NCBI GenBank assembly: GCA_964016885.1
Contig: OZ024746.1
Coordinates: forward strand, 102,052,001 to 102,116,000
Length of the DNA stretch: 64,000 bases
Direction: 5' to 3'
From: Eledone cirrhosa
Taxonomy: Eukaryota
The notes below the pieces were generated by a model. It ran no database searches. It saw only the letters and a program-made list of their open reading frames with translations, and was not told where the DNA came from. Position 1 is the first letter of the stretch. Every line of letters starts with the position of its first letter. Positions 47,465-58,959 of the stretch are shown piece by piece. The translations under genes and the position numbers were made by a program.

Positions 47465-48957
47465 ATCTTTTGCTCTGGTAGCGGCTCATTTTTCCACCCC
47501 TTTAGTCTGCATTTTGTTCTATGGGGTCTAATATGTGGGTATTACATGCTTGTGTATTTATTCTCTTTCTTTTTTTCCTTTCCCTTTCCTTTGAATATAT
47601 TATATTTGTTAGTGTTTTCGTTCTGTAACCATTATATTAAATGAGTTTAAAAAAGAAAGAGTTAATAAATAAATAAAGAGTTATACTTGTTTTACCCTTC
47701 CATTTCCAATTAAACCGAACGCTATCATGACTGTATGTGTGTGTTTGTGTAAATGTATATATGTTTGTATGTATGTTTGTGTAAATGTATATTTGTGTGA
47801 ATGTATGTATATTTGTGTGAATTATGTCCGTGATAGTATATTTTTATAAGTTTGTGTTTGCGTGATTATAGTTATATACTCATAATAGTTATATACTCAT
47901 ACATATCTGTTAGAATGTTTTAGTCACTTTAGTGTTCTAACATATATGTGTAGATTGTAAATTTTTTTTTCAAGGTCTGGCCATGTGGTGATTACATGCC
48001 ATTGGCTAATTTTCAACCAATCAGAGTAAGTGTTGCTCAAAAGCATCTGCCATGTTTTTTTGTTTGTTTTCCTAGTTCATTTATTTTTGTTATTTCGTTG
48101 TTATATGATTTTTTTAAATTTATATGAACTATTTTTAAAACAAATGTAATATATTGACGTTAGGGTTAGGCGGTCAATAGATAAGATGAAAGTCTATCGT
48201 AAAAGTTTGTACAAATATTTTTAAATTTATCGTTTGTACAAAACGATTCTAAATTTTTGTTTGTAAAAAATTTTTAAACACTTCAAAATAGCGTATATTC
48301 ATGTTCTGTAATGTCCCATTTTTGTGCGCACTTGTGCCAAATAAAGAAATATATCTTTGTATCTTGTTCCTCTTTATATATTGCAATCGAGTATAGGCAG
48401 AGTTCTGATTATAATACAAACTGCACTTTGTTTGTAAATATTTCTAAAAACATTGTAAAATTTTGTCACATGCTTTTAAAAATCTTTGATATGTATATAT
48501 ATATATATAAAACTGAGGTTGTCTGTCTGTCTCTCTACTAAAACGGTCACCGCACATCTAAACTTATAGATTAAGCTCCAGCGGAGAGATCGGTCAAAAA
48601 AAATTTCAAATCGAATGTGTAATATTGATGTTTCAGTTAAAATGTATAAATACAGTTGAGAGACGAGTTATTTCTCTTTAATGCAACGTGAGCAGACAAT
48701 AAATTATTGAAAAGGTGCAAATTTTCACTATTACACATTTGCATTATTGTCAGTATTAACTTTGCCTTTCATCCTTACGGGGTCGATAAAATAAAGTACC
48801 AGTAATACACTGTCACTATAAGTAGATGCCCATTCACAAACAGTATTGAAAATATGTTCTTCGACAAATAAAAATGTTTTGTTCATACTATTTCGACTAG
48901 CGCTTGTTGTTCTACTCCACGCACGACCACCACAAATTGGTGACCAGCTCAACACAA

Positions 48958-49126
48958 GTATTGGTAGAGCGTCAGACACCATGCTTTGCAGCATTGTTAT
49001 GGCCCTTTGCGTTCTAAGTTCAAATCCCGCCGAGGTTAAATTTGCCTTTCATCCTTACCAGTTCGATAAAATAAAGTACCAGTAATGGACTGCGGTAATG
49101 GCTTTGTGCCAAAAAATAGAAACACT
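48958..49126 (+). mobile_element. tRNA-derived SINE, family 2
   Basis: Same body. Confidence 0.8.
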
Positions 49127-49680
49127 ATTAATGTGCAATAAGAGCAAAATCTCACGACATTGCTCAATTATTTTATCTAATGTTGCAACAATACAGGGAA
49201 ATGTAGTTTATGTATTTTTTAAAATATTTGCTCATAGGCTTTTCCAATTTCTCTCAGCCAACAACTATTAAAAAGAGAGTTGCTCAAGATAACAATTTAA
49301 TCACAAATTGTTGTTATCTTTTAATACACTCCAAAAAGTCATCAAATTATGTGCAATAAGAACAAATCTCATTAATTTGCTCAGAGAATAAAGAAAATTT
49401 ATATAGACTGATAATTGCAATTGTATGTAAATATTTTATTTTTATATTGTTTATTTATTTTTTGTTTTCTATTATGTATAATATATTGATCAATATTGAT
49501 TGTTTTTTGTTGTTGTTTATATTAAAAGTCTGAAAATATTTTTATACATCTTACACTTTATTTATAAGATCATTTATAATAACAATTATATAATCTAATT
49601 ACATTACAACGATAATTTATTATTAATATATATCATGTTTAACTAGAATTTTTACAAGCGTTGCCTTAAAAAAATATTAA

Positions 49681-50044
49681 ACTAGACATGAAAAATACGC
49701 AAGCTCAAAAGAGCCACAGAATGTTATAAAAAACCTTCAAAAGTGTGGGACTAGAGTTGTTGCTCAAAAATATTATAATCATTATCTATCGTACATTCTG
49801 TGGCATCCTTTATAAAAATATCACAATAAATACGTCTATTTTTAATGTAATAACAGCTATAAATAATTACGTAATATTATTAAACATAGATGTATTTATT
49901 GTGATATTTTTATAAAGGATGCCACAGAATGTACGATAGATAATGATTACAATATTTTTGAGTAACAACTCTAGTCCCACACTTTTGAAGGTTTATTATA
50001 ACATTCTGTGGCTCTTTTGAGCTAGCGCATTTTTCATGTCTAGT
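49681..50044. repeat. Fold-back palindrome (~165-bp arms, ~32-bp spacer) of a dispersed repeat ending CTAGT
   Basis: Arms are reverse complements; single-arm copies at 42702-42819 and 43957-44083. Confidence 0.9.
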
Positions 50045-50149
50045 AGATGTATGTATGTGCACAATCATACGCGTCAGGTGTAGAAAGTCATAATCTCTCT
50101 CATCACTCTCTCTTTCTATATATGTAGTGGTGGTGGTGGTGGTGACGAT

Positions 50150-50554
50150 ATACCGGAAGTGCAACTTTGAAAAGAAGTCAATTTGAAATTATTTATTTTT
50201 ACAAAATGATTTTTGTTTACGAAATTGAGTAGATAAATCATGTAATATTCATTCATTATTTATTCAAAGTAATGGTGGTGGATTGGCAGTATCGGTAGAG
50301 AGGCGGACATCATGCTTTGCAGTATATAGTTACATCCCTTTACGATCTGAGTTCAAATCCCGCCGAGGTTAACTTTGCCTTTCATCCTTACGGAGTCGAT
50401 AAAATAAAGTACCAATAATACACTGAGATAATTGCTGGCCCTGTGCCAAAAGTAGAAACAATTATTTATTCAAAGTAATCCAAATTATTTTACAAACGGA
50501 ATAAAAAAAAAAACCGTATGCAATCCCACAGACCTTCCTTTATTATAGTTTAGA
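50150..50554 (-). mobile_element. Helitron 5' part, interrupted by a SINE
   Basis: Minus strand starts TCTAAACTATAATAAAG, as at 30307. Confidence 0.75.
50274..50460 (+). mobile_element. Full-length family-2 SINE with 19-bp target-site duplication
   Basis: ATTATTTATTCAAAGTAAT at 50255-50273 and 50461-50479. Confidence 0.9.
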
Positions 50555-50940
50555 CTAGCAGCAGAACTACCCTTCGGGTGGTTTTCTGCTAGCATGTGTA
50601 GTGTGTATATTGACATTATACACAAATATACATGCATGTAGATATGATACATCAAATAAAATTGTAATTGACAATATCCACAGAAATTGAAGAGAGACTG
50701 TGTTACACTGTCTTATGTAATCAGTAAAGTAATCCATGATACATTAAAAAAGACAATATTATATATAAACTGCATTAGGAAAAAAATTAGTGACAGAAAT
50801 ATATGAATGTGTATATAAGCGATCGCTAACAGGAAGTGTTGACATTTGAAAATTTTGAAGAAGTGAATCTTAAAATGAGCAACAAAATTACGAAATTTAG
50901 TAGATAAATTATGTAATATTCATTCCTTATTTATTCAGAA
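50555..50940 (-). mobile_element. Helitron 3' part (hairpin plus CTAG)
   Basis: Reverse complement of 30415-30820. Confidence 0.85.
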
Positions 50941-51018
50941 GTGTCATCTCGGACGATAGCGAGGGAGGACGCATTGAAAGACCCATTCTGTTGTATAGGG
51001 CTCACTCCTGTAGGTTGA

Positions 51019-51165
51019 CTACTCTACCCTGGTAGCAGAGTGTAGGGAAGTAGCTCAGGGGTGGGTGGTCTATTCTACCTTGGTAGCAGAGTGTAGGGAA
51101 GTGGCTCGGGGGTGGGTGGTCTACTCTACCCTGGTAGCAAAGAGTAGGGAAGTGGTTCAGGGCTC
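51019..51165. repeat. ~51-bp tandem repeat x3
   Basis: CTACTCTACCCTGGTAGCAGAGTGTAGGGAAGTGGCTCGGGGGTGGGTGGT units. Confidence 0.85.
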
Positions 51166-52016
51166 AGAACACCACTAAAGTTTCAACAAGAAACCTATTG
51201 GAAAGTGGCTGATTCTTCAACAGATTGAAACGTTCAGCTTGTTGGACAACGGGTTTGTCACTGAATGCAACAGGTTATCACTGGAGAAAGTGCTACAGTA
51301 TATTGTGTCCAAGATAAGGGGCCTACCACCATAGTGTGAGAAGATTGTCGTGCTATCTGCTGTCCCCTTCATCTAATCCCACCAGTCCAAGCTGTGATAG
51401 GAAGACAGCAGCATCCAAACCATGTTTAATTATTTCGTTGAAAATAGCATAGTATAGTGGAGGTACCAACACTGAGGTAGTATGAAAGGGAATGAAGGCC
51501 CAAATCATCTACCATGGATCCACAATGGTATTGGTGTTGCTTGCAGATCTAGAGGCCAAAGCTCAGGGAAATGTAGATGTTTAACTGAGTAGAAGTTGAC
51601 AGTGAGGATACAGTGTTTAGCGAGTCACAGGAGTTGGGAAGTGGCAGACTGCTGGTCAAACAGGTGCACAAGGGTGCCTGAAGCCTTGTCCCACTAGTTG
51701 GTGTTCTATTTGCATTAGGAGACTGGATGTTCACAGAATAGAGGCTAAGTCAGCTCCAAGTTGTGCTGTCTGAGTTCCCCGATCATAGTAGTGTGTTGTG
51801 GAGTATCTTTATGAGGGCACAGCAGGAGGTCAGTGATGAAAGAAATGGTTGTGCTGGTGAAAGGACAAAAAACATCCAGTCCACCTTGTAAGGTTTTAGT
51901 ACTGGTGCTACAAAAAAAGGCTCCCAGTCTACCCTGCAAGGACATAGAACTGCTGCACAGAGAATCTCTGGACACAGAACTGTTGGACACTGTACTTCTG
52001 TAATGTCAACTCATTT

Positions 52017-52397
52017 CATTTCATTTTACGTCCGCTTTTTCCCTGCTTGCAAGGGTGGGATGGGAACTGATTGTGGCTTGATTTCTACAGCTGGATGCCC
52101 TTCCTAACACCAACCTCATTTACAGTGAGGGCTGGGTGCTTTTTGCCGTGGCACCTCCACGACCACTTTGCAGTGGAATGATATGAACCCCAGTCCCTAT
52201 CATCTCATTTCTACAGCTGAGTAAACTAGAGCAATGTGAAATAAAGTGTCTTGCTCAAGGAAACAACACATCACCCGATCTGAGAATTGAACTCACAAAT
52301 CGGGTGATGTGTTGTTTCCTTGAGCAAGACACTTTATTTCACATTGCTCCAGTTTACTCAGCTGTAGAAAGGTGATGGTAGGACTGGGGTACATATC
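52017..52397 (-). mobile_element. CORE-like SINE whose tRNA head is replaced by an inverted duplication of the CORE region
   Basis: Arms 52180-52279 and 52299-52397, 19-nt spacer. Confidence 0.85.
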
Positions 52398-52487
52398 CAA
52401 CTCAGTCTATAGAATTGGACAACTGACAATGAGTCACAGCCATAGAATTCTCCATCTAACCTGCTCCATGTAGTTCAGATGTCTTAT

Positions 52488-52995
52488 TGTAATGGTGGGT
52501 CATGTATTGTTTCTACCTGTAATGGTGGGTCATGTATTGTTTCTACTTGTAATGGTGGGTCATGTATTGTTTCTACCTGTAATGGTGGGTCATGTATTGT
52601 TTCTACCTGTAATGGTGGGTCATGTATTGTTTCTACTTGTAATGGTGGGTCATGTATTGTTTCTACCTGTAATGGTGGGTCATGTATTGTTTCTACCTGT
52701 AATGGTGGGTCATGTATTGTTTCTACCTGTAATGGTGGGTCATGTATTGTTTCTACTTGTAATGGTGGGTCATGTATTGTTTCTACCTGTAATGGTGGGT
52801 CATGTATTGTTTCTACTTGTAATGGTGGGTCATGTATTGTTTCTACCTGTAATGGTGGGTCATGTATTGTTTCTACCTCTAATGGTGGGTCATGTATTGT
52901 TTCTACCTGTAATGGTGGGTCATGTATTGTTTCTACCTCTAATGGTGGGTCATGTATTGTTTCTACCTGTAATGGTGGGTCATGTATTGTTTCTC
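52488..52995. repeat. 30-bp minisatellite (TGTAATGGTGGGTCATGTATTGTTTCTACC) x17
   Basis: Directly visible, near-perfect units. Confidence 0.97.
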
Positions 52996-54099
52996 TTGGA
53001 TTAGTTCTGAGGTGACATCTTCTATGACATCTCATTCACTGCTGTTTGTGATGATGAGATAACAAAGTCATTTTTGTTGTTTAGTTCTCATAAGCAGTGA
53101 TTAGACAGACCTAAGATTAAAGGCACTCCACTTGTGATCATCCCTTTTTTTTTCAGGCATTACCCACCTAGGAGTATATTATTTAATGTGTGTTTCCAGC
53201 TTCTGAGATAGACAGATTCCACATTATGTTTAATGATGACACAAAGATTTAATGTTTTGTACTGCTATTTCTTTAAGTGGTGGTCCTTTTAAAACCAAAT
53301 GTTACCAACAAGGAACGGTAGTCTTCTAGTGGTGTCATGCAATCCCTATGGAACCAAAAAACATTGGAAAGGGACTCTTTATTTGACTAGCGCTGGTACC
53401 ACTATAAAATGTACCCAGTACAATCTGTAAAGTGGTATTATTGGTACCATAGTATTGGTACCTTGTCTACTCTGTAAAGTGGTGGTGCTGGTGTCCTGAA
53501 AAACACCTGTGCTATAGTTAGGAAAAACTACAAGCTGGTTGGTGTTAGGAAAGACACCGACTGTAGAAGCCATGCCAAATATACAATGAGCAAGATTGGT
53601 TGTCCAATACCAGGAGTAGAATGTGGTGAAAGTCATATGGGTTCTCTAACTTAGGTGGTTGCTTCTCACCCTTTTATGGCAGGTGGTGGTCATGGGTGCA
53701 CTGTGTTTTGGATAAACAATGCCATGATCATGTCTGGAATGCTTTTGTTTGCCAGTTTCCATAAGCAGGACTGTCCTGTTCCTAAACAACAACAGCTGCA
53801 ACAACTACTACTACATCACCATTTCATTCTGCTTATTGTTAAATCCAGTTTATCTTTGTACAAGGTGAACTGTGTCAACACGGCCCTAGTTAATACTAAG
53901 ATACATTGCCAGACAAGTGTATATTGAGTACTCTTATCTTTTTGTTCTAATTATCAGTGTGAGTATGTGTATATTATGTAATAAAATAAATAGTATGACT
54001 AAAGAATTAGGTTAAACAAACATTGATAGTAAAATTAGGGCAAAGAGACTGTTAATTGACTGTAAATGCAAAGAATTTACTAATATTAAAATGTATATA

Positions 54100-55066
54100 T
54101 CATCATCATCAGCAGCATCGATTAACGTCTATCTTCCACGCTAGCATAGGTTAGATGGGTTTAGAGAACAATAGAGGGTGGGTCTTCCATAAAACTGCAT
54201 AGCATCAGAGGTCGCGGTCCTGAGTCCATTGCCTTTGAGAGGTGTAATTATGCACGGTCAGCTTTTATTAGCTCGTCTCAAGTCTTCCTTAGGCTACTCA
54301 CTCCAAGGCTACCATCAGTTTTGAGTGCTCTGCACCTTTTTATACAGCTGTCATCCTTCATATGCATCACATGTCCATACTAACGCAATCTCCTCTTCTG
54401 CAACAACTGATCCCTCTTAAGCCTAATTTCTCACACAGTGTATTTATACTTTGCTGTTTACGTATATTGCTATTGCACATCCATACTAGGACTTTGTACT
54501 CTCCTAAGTAGTAGGGATAATAGGGCACAGATCTCGCCTGGGAAATTGCCCTGTTCAGTGTGTAGAAAAGGAGTAGGTAGAAATTCCATTCTATGTACCA
54601 AATGCAAGCAATGGGTACACAAGAGATGTAGTGAGATCTCAGGCAAGCTAACAAAGAATGTAGGTTTTACTTGTGGCAGGTGTACAGGGGCAGTAAGAAG
54701 CAAGAACCTTCAGGATACAATCCCCTTCAAATGTTCAGATGGCGGCTCGGTTGAAGTGGTAGATAGTTTCCACTACCTGGTGACCAAATCAGTAGTGTGG
54801 GAGGGTGTTCCGAAAGCACAGTAACCAGAATGAAATCAGGTTGGAGAAAATTCAGGGAGCTACTACCATTACTAACTACAAAAGGTTTTTCTCTCAAAAT
54901 GAAAGGCAGACTGTATACAAACAACAATGATGCACAGCAGCGAGACCTGGGCATTTTGTGCAGACCTGCGAAGATTGGAAAGAAATGAAGCCTCTGTGCT
55001 TCGTTGGATGTGCAAAGCAATATACGTGAACAGCAAAGTATAAATACACTGTGTGAGAAATTAGAC
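54100..55066. mobile_element. RTE LINE insertion with an inverted 5' part (3' part on minus, 54100-54483; upstream part on plus, ~54490-55066)
   Basis: (TCA)n tail at 54100; ORF 54438-54824(+) has PCSVCRKGVG; the WMC..CEKL segment is present in both orientations. Confidence 0.85.
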
Positions 55067-55091
55067 ATATATATGAATGTATATATATATC

Positions 55092-55394
55092 CAAGGAGTG
55101 TAACGCGGAGTTACTGTAAGTTCACCCGGGTGAGCACTCGATGTTTAGGTTCACGTCGGTATTGAGGTGTAGAGCTAGACAGAGTGTAATATAATAAAAT
55201 AAAACAAGGACGAATGGTTACTCCTTCATTACATTTATCAGTTGGTGATGCGCGTTTCGCTATTGATCAGCTCAAGTTTCAATCTAGCCCGACTCTCTAA
55301 TCGAACCTTGAGCTGATCAATAGCGAAACACGCGTCACCAACCAATAAATAAAATGAAGGAGTAACCATTTGTCCTTGTTCTATTTTATTATAT
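55092..55394. mobile_element. Penelope-like palindromic remnant centred on hammerhead stem II
   Basis: Arms 55189-55283 and 55300-55394; GAAAC-ACGC-GTC then AATAAA on the right arm. Confidence 0.6.
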
Positions 55395-55746
55395 ATATAT
55401 ATTGAAGCATTGCATATGGTGTATAGAATTCGAAGTTTGAAAGCCACGACAATGTAGGTTTGGATGGAGAAAAATGAATGTGGTCATAAGCGGGCCTATG
55501 TGTACCCTTAGGTGTAGGGTTGTTTGAAGAAGTTTATTTGGCAGCCGGCTTTAATGCGCTTCTCTGCTTTCAAACTTCAAATTCTTTATACCATATACAA
55601 TGTTTCAAGTAAACTACAAATTCCTTCTTTCCTTATGCCTAAGCCAGGCCCAGTTTACAACCACAAAGGTACTCTTCCGGGTGTCGGAGAAGCGCACTAA
55701 AGCCGGCCACCAAATAACCTTCCTCAAACGACTTTTTTTTTTTTAT

Positions 55747-58130
55747 ATTCAATTCAATTCAATTCAATTCAATTCAATATATTTGGCAGAAATTAAAACA
55801 TAGATGCTTCAGATGCCATGTAAGAAGGAGAGGGGGGACAATTTACACAGTCCAAAACACAGTGGTCCAACACCGGTCCAATTTTGCCTTGAATTGTTGC
55901 GTGGTTGACGCGTTGACTACTTCTTCTGGAAGCCGATTCCAGGGTCCAGAGATGCGGATCGAGAAAGCAGCTTTCCGTCTATTTAGGCGAAAGCGGCGGT
56001 GAAACAGCTTTTTGTCATGTCCCATGTACACCCCTTTCAAGTGCTGGAGTGAATAGGAGATCTTGAGGGAGATCGTAATGGCCATTGAAGAGATTGTAAG
56101 CCAAAATGAGATCGCCTCTTAGCTGTCGACACTCCAAGGAGAAGAGGTTCAGCTTCTGCAGCCGGCTTTCGTAGGGCAGCTCATGAAGGCCCTGTACCAT
56201 TCGAGTCGCTAGTCGTTGAACTCTCTCCAAGTGATGGATATCCCGGATGAGATATGTGTTTGATGCTTGGATGCCATATTCTAGGTGCGGTCTCACGAGG
56301 GCGACATAGAGAGGCCTGAAAATTTCTGGAGTAAGCTTGGCAAAGGAGCGTCGAATAAGCCTTGTTTGTGGCTTGAATGCAATGTTTTGATGGTTTGAAG
56401 GACGAGTCGACCAACAGACCAAGATCTTTAGTCTCCTCAACCTCCTTCAAAAGAGCAGTGCCACCGTTGAAGGTAAGAGCTGAGTTATAAGGTGTACCCA
56501 CTGCCATATGGCAACACTTATCGACATTGAGGTATAAATCCCAGTCAATGGACCAACTCCAGGTGCTACCATTTTCACATCATCTGCAAATAGAAGCACG
56601 TTTCCACCAATCACGTCCAGCATGTCGATGTATAGAAGGAAGAGAATTGGGCCCAACACAGAGCCCTGGGGAACGCTGATGCCTACACCCACCCCCCGAT
56701 GACAGACTGCCATTGATCCGAACTCTGCAAGTACGATCCTCCAGAAATGATCCAATCCACCTTATAATCGAGTCATGGAGACCATAGTTGCTGAGCTTAT
56801 ACAGGAGCAGGCGGTGGTTGACAGTCAAAGGCTTTTGCGAAGTCGAGAAAGATAATATCGGCCGCATCTCCATCGTCCATTATCCTCGTCACCCATTCTT
56901 CCATCACGAGTAGGTTTGTGAGACAGGAACGTTTCGGGATGAAACCGTGTTGAGATGGAGAGATGATAGTGAAAGACGCAAGATGAGCCATAATTGCCCG
57001 CTTGATTAGAGATTCCAAGGCTTTACAGACGATTGAGGTGAGGCTCACGGGTCTGTAGTTCCCCGGGTCTTCTTTGTTGCCTTTTTTAAAGATAGGGCAA
57101 ATTGTAGCTACTTTCCAGTCGTCGGGAACAACTCCGGTAGCCAATGATAGGTTGAATAGTGTGGCTAGAGGTTTAGTAAGGTTGGGTGCAACTGCACCCA
57201 AAATCGCTGGATGTAGACCGTCTGGACCATGCCCCTTATTCACATCTAAGGACAAAAGCAACTTTTCCACCTCGTCCGGTCTGACGGTGGCTGGCTGCAT
57301 CGGTGGGGCGATCATGTTTAGATTTAGATTTGGAGGTTCTCTACCATCGTCCTCCTTGAAGATATTTGCGAAAACATCGGCAAAAAGAGAAGCTTGTTGG
57401 TCAGCGTGTTCAATAACTGCATCTTCGGGGTTTCGGAGAGTGACAATTTGGTTATTCAATTTTTGATTTCTTTGCACGTGAGCATAAAAGCGCTTTGGAT
57501 TACGACCGGCATCATTTGCAAGTTTCCTTTCAAAATTTTGCCTTCCAATTCTGGAAATATGCTCAACATGATTTCGCTGCTTTCTGTAGACTTCAAATGC
57601 CGCCGCAGACATGGTCTCTTGATAGTGCCCCCAAGCAGCGTTTCTTAACTTCCGTTTGCTGATAATTGTCTTTGTTATCCAGGGTTTGTGTTTCTTGCGT
57701 TTTGGCGTTCTCAGCAGCACTGCCATTTCTGTTAGCCCAAGTAGAATTTCCTTTATTTCTCGCCACAAAGTTTCAACAGACTGATTTTCAGTTAGGCTGC
57801 GCCAATTTATTTCGTTGGAGGCCATTTTGATAAGATCATGATTCATAGCAGCAAATATTCTTCTCGGCTGATTCGAAACGGGAGGCGGTGCAAGCAAAGT
57901 ATGCATGCTAAAGCTCAGTACTGCATGATCGCTTTTCCCAAGTGGAGACAGAACTTGCAGAGACGATATGGATCTAGGATAACAGGAGAAGATAAGGTCT
58001 AGTAATGACGGTTGTTGACCACTTCGAGCCCTTGTCGGTTTTGTAACATGCTGGCAGATGAAACATTCTTCCGTCGTATCGAACAATAGTTGGTCGAAGT
58101 TATTGTTGGACGTGCACACATTTGAGTTCC
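55747..58130 (-). mobile_element. 5'-truncated CR1-clade LINE (end of endonuclease, RT) with (TTGAA)n tail
   Basis: ORFs 56797-58119 (LGKSDH, GPDG, NYRPVSLTS, QHGF), FADD, RPHLEYG, LERVQRLATRM, RGDLI; frameshifted. Confidence 0.93.
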
Positions 58131-58134
58131 AGTC

Positions 58135-58332
58135 TATATGCTCCTCTCCAGAGCATCCCCTTTACCTTTGTAACAATTAACAAGTATACTGCTGCATCAG
58201 TCTTTGAGTATGACTCTGCCATATATAACTTGATTGACTATGTGTGCAACCAGTTTAGTTTCTACTTCTGATGCCTTCAGCATCTCAGCGACTATTCCTG
58301 ACAGTCCAGCTGCCTTACCACTTTTCATTTCT
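58135..58332 (-). mobile_element. RTE RT fragment
   Basis: MKSGKAAGLSGIVAEMLKA..YKGKGDALER. Confidence 0.7.
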
Positions 58333-58384
58333 TATATACACATATATATATATATATAGGGTGGGTGAAATTCCCGAGATCCAT

Positions 58385-58915
58385 GGATGAGTTCTCTCCT
58401 TCTTCATCACCACCATGCCCTGCGTTGCCCAGAGACCAGTGTCTGTCCTTAAGGCATCAATATATGTGAACCTCGGTCTCCCTCTTCTAGTATGTCCATA
58501 TAGGGGCTCCTACAGGACCACTGAGTGCAATATCAACTCTGAATGTCAGTGAGCATGTCCAGTAACCTCAGTCTCCTCTGTGTTACTTTCGAGCTGACCT
58601 TTGGGAGGCTCCCATACAGCTCTGAGTTCTTTATCCTCAGTGTATACTGATTAATGTTCAGAGCCATCGTCAGCATTCTCGTGTAGCACTCATCTACCAT
58701 CTGAGTGAGTTTCTTGGTCAGTGTCCAAGTCTCAGATCTGTACAGCGGCACAAACTCCACTACAGCAACAAAGAGACGGATCTTCAAGTCTTTATGAAGG
58801 CCCAACTTCCACACCGATCTCGAACTGTGGCATGCCGCCCAGGCTTTGCTCTTCCTCTCAACCACACCATCCTCTGTGTTCCCAATGTTTGCTCCCAGCT
58901 ACAGGAAATGCTCAA
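58385..58915 (-). mobile_element. RTE/RTEX-like LINE 3' fragment
   Basis: ORF 58533-58865: SETWTLTKK..YTRML.MALNI..RRLRL. Confidence 0.75.
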
Positions 58916-58959
58916 CCAACTCTACATATTTCTATCTATCTATCTATCTCTCTCTCTTT

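Noticed and set aside
52479-53035. Cys-rich repeat protein (CNGGSCIVST)n
   Set aside because: A 30-bp minisatellite open in three frames on both strands, with no signal peptide, convincing splice context or unique coding flank.
55747-58130. Horizontal transfer of the GC-richer CR1 (or the Rex3-like RTE)
   Set aside because: Composition alone is not evidence; it needs cross-species identity and dS comparisons that cannot be done here.
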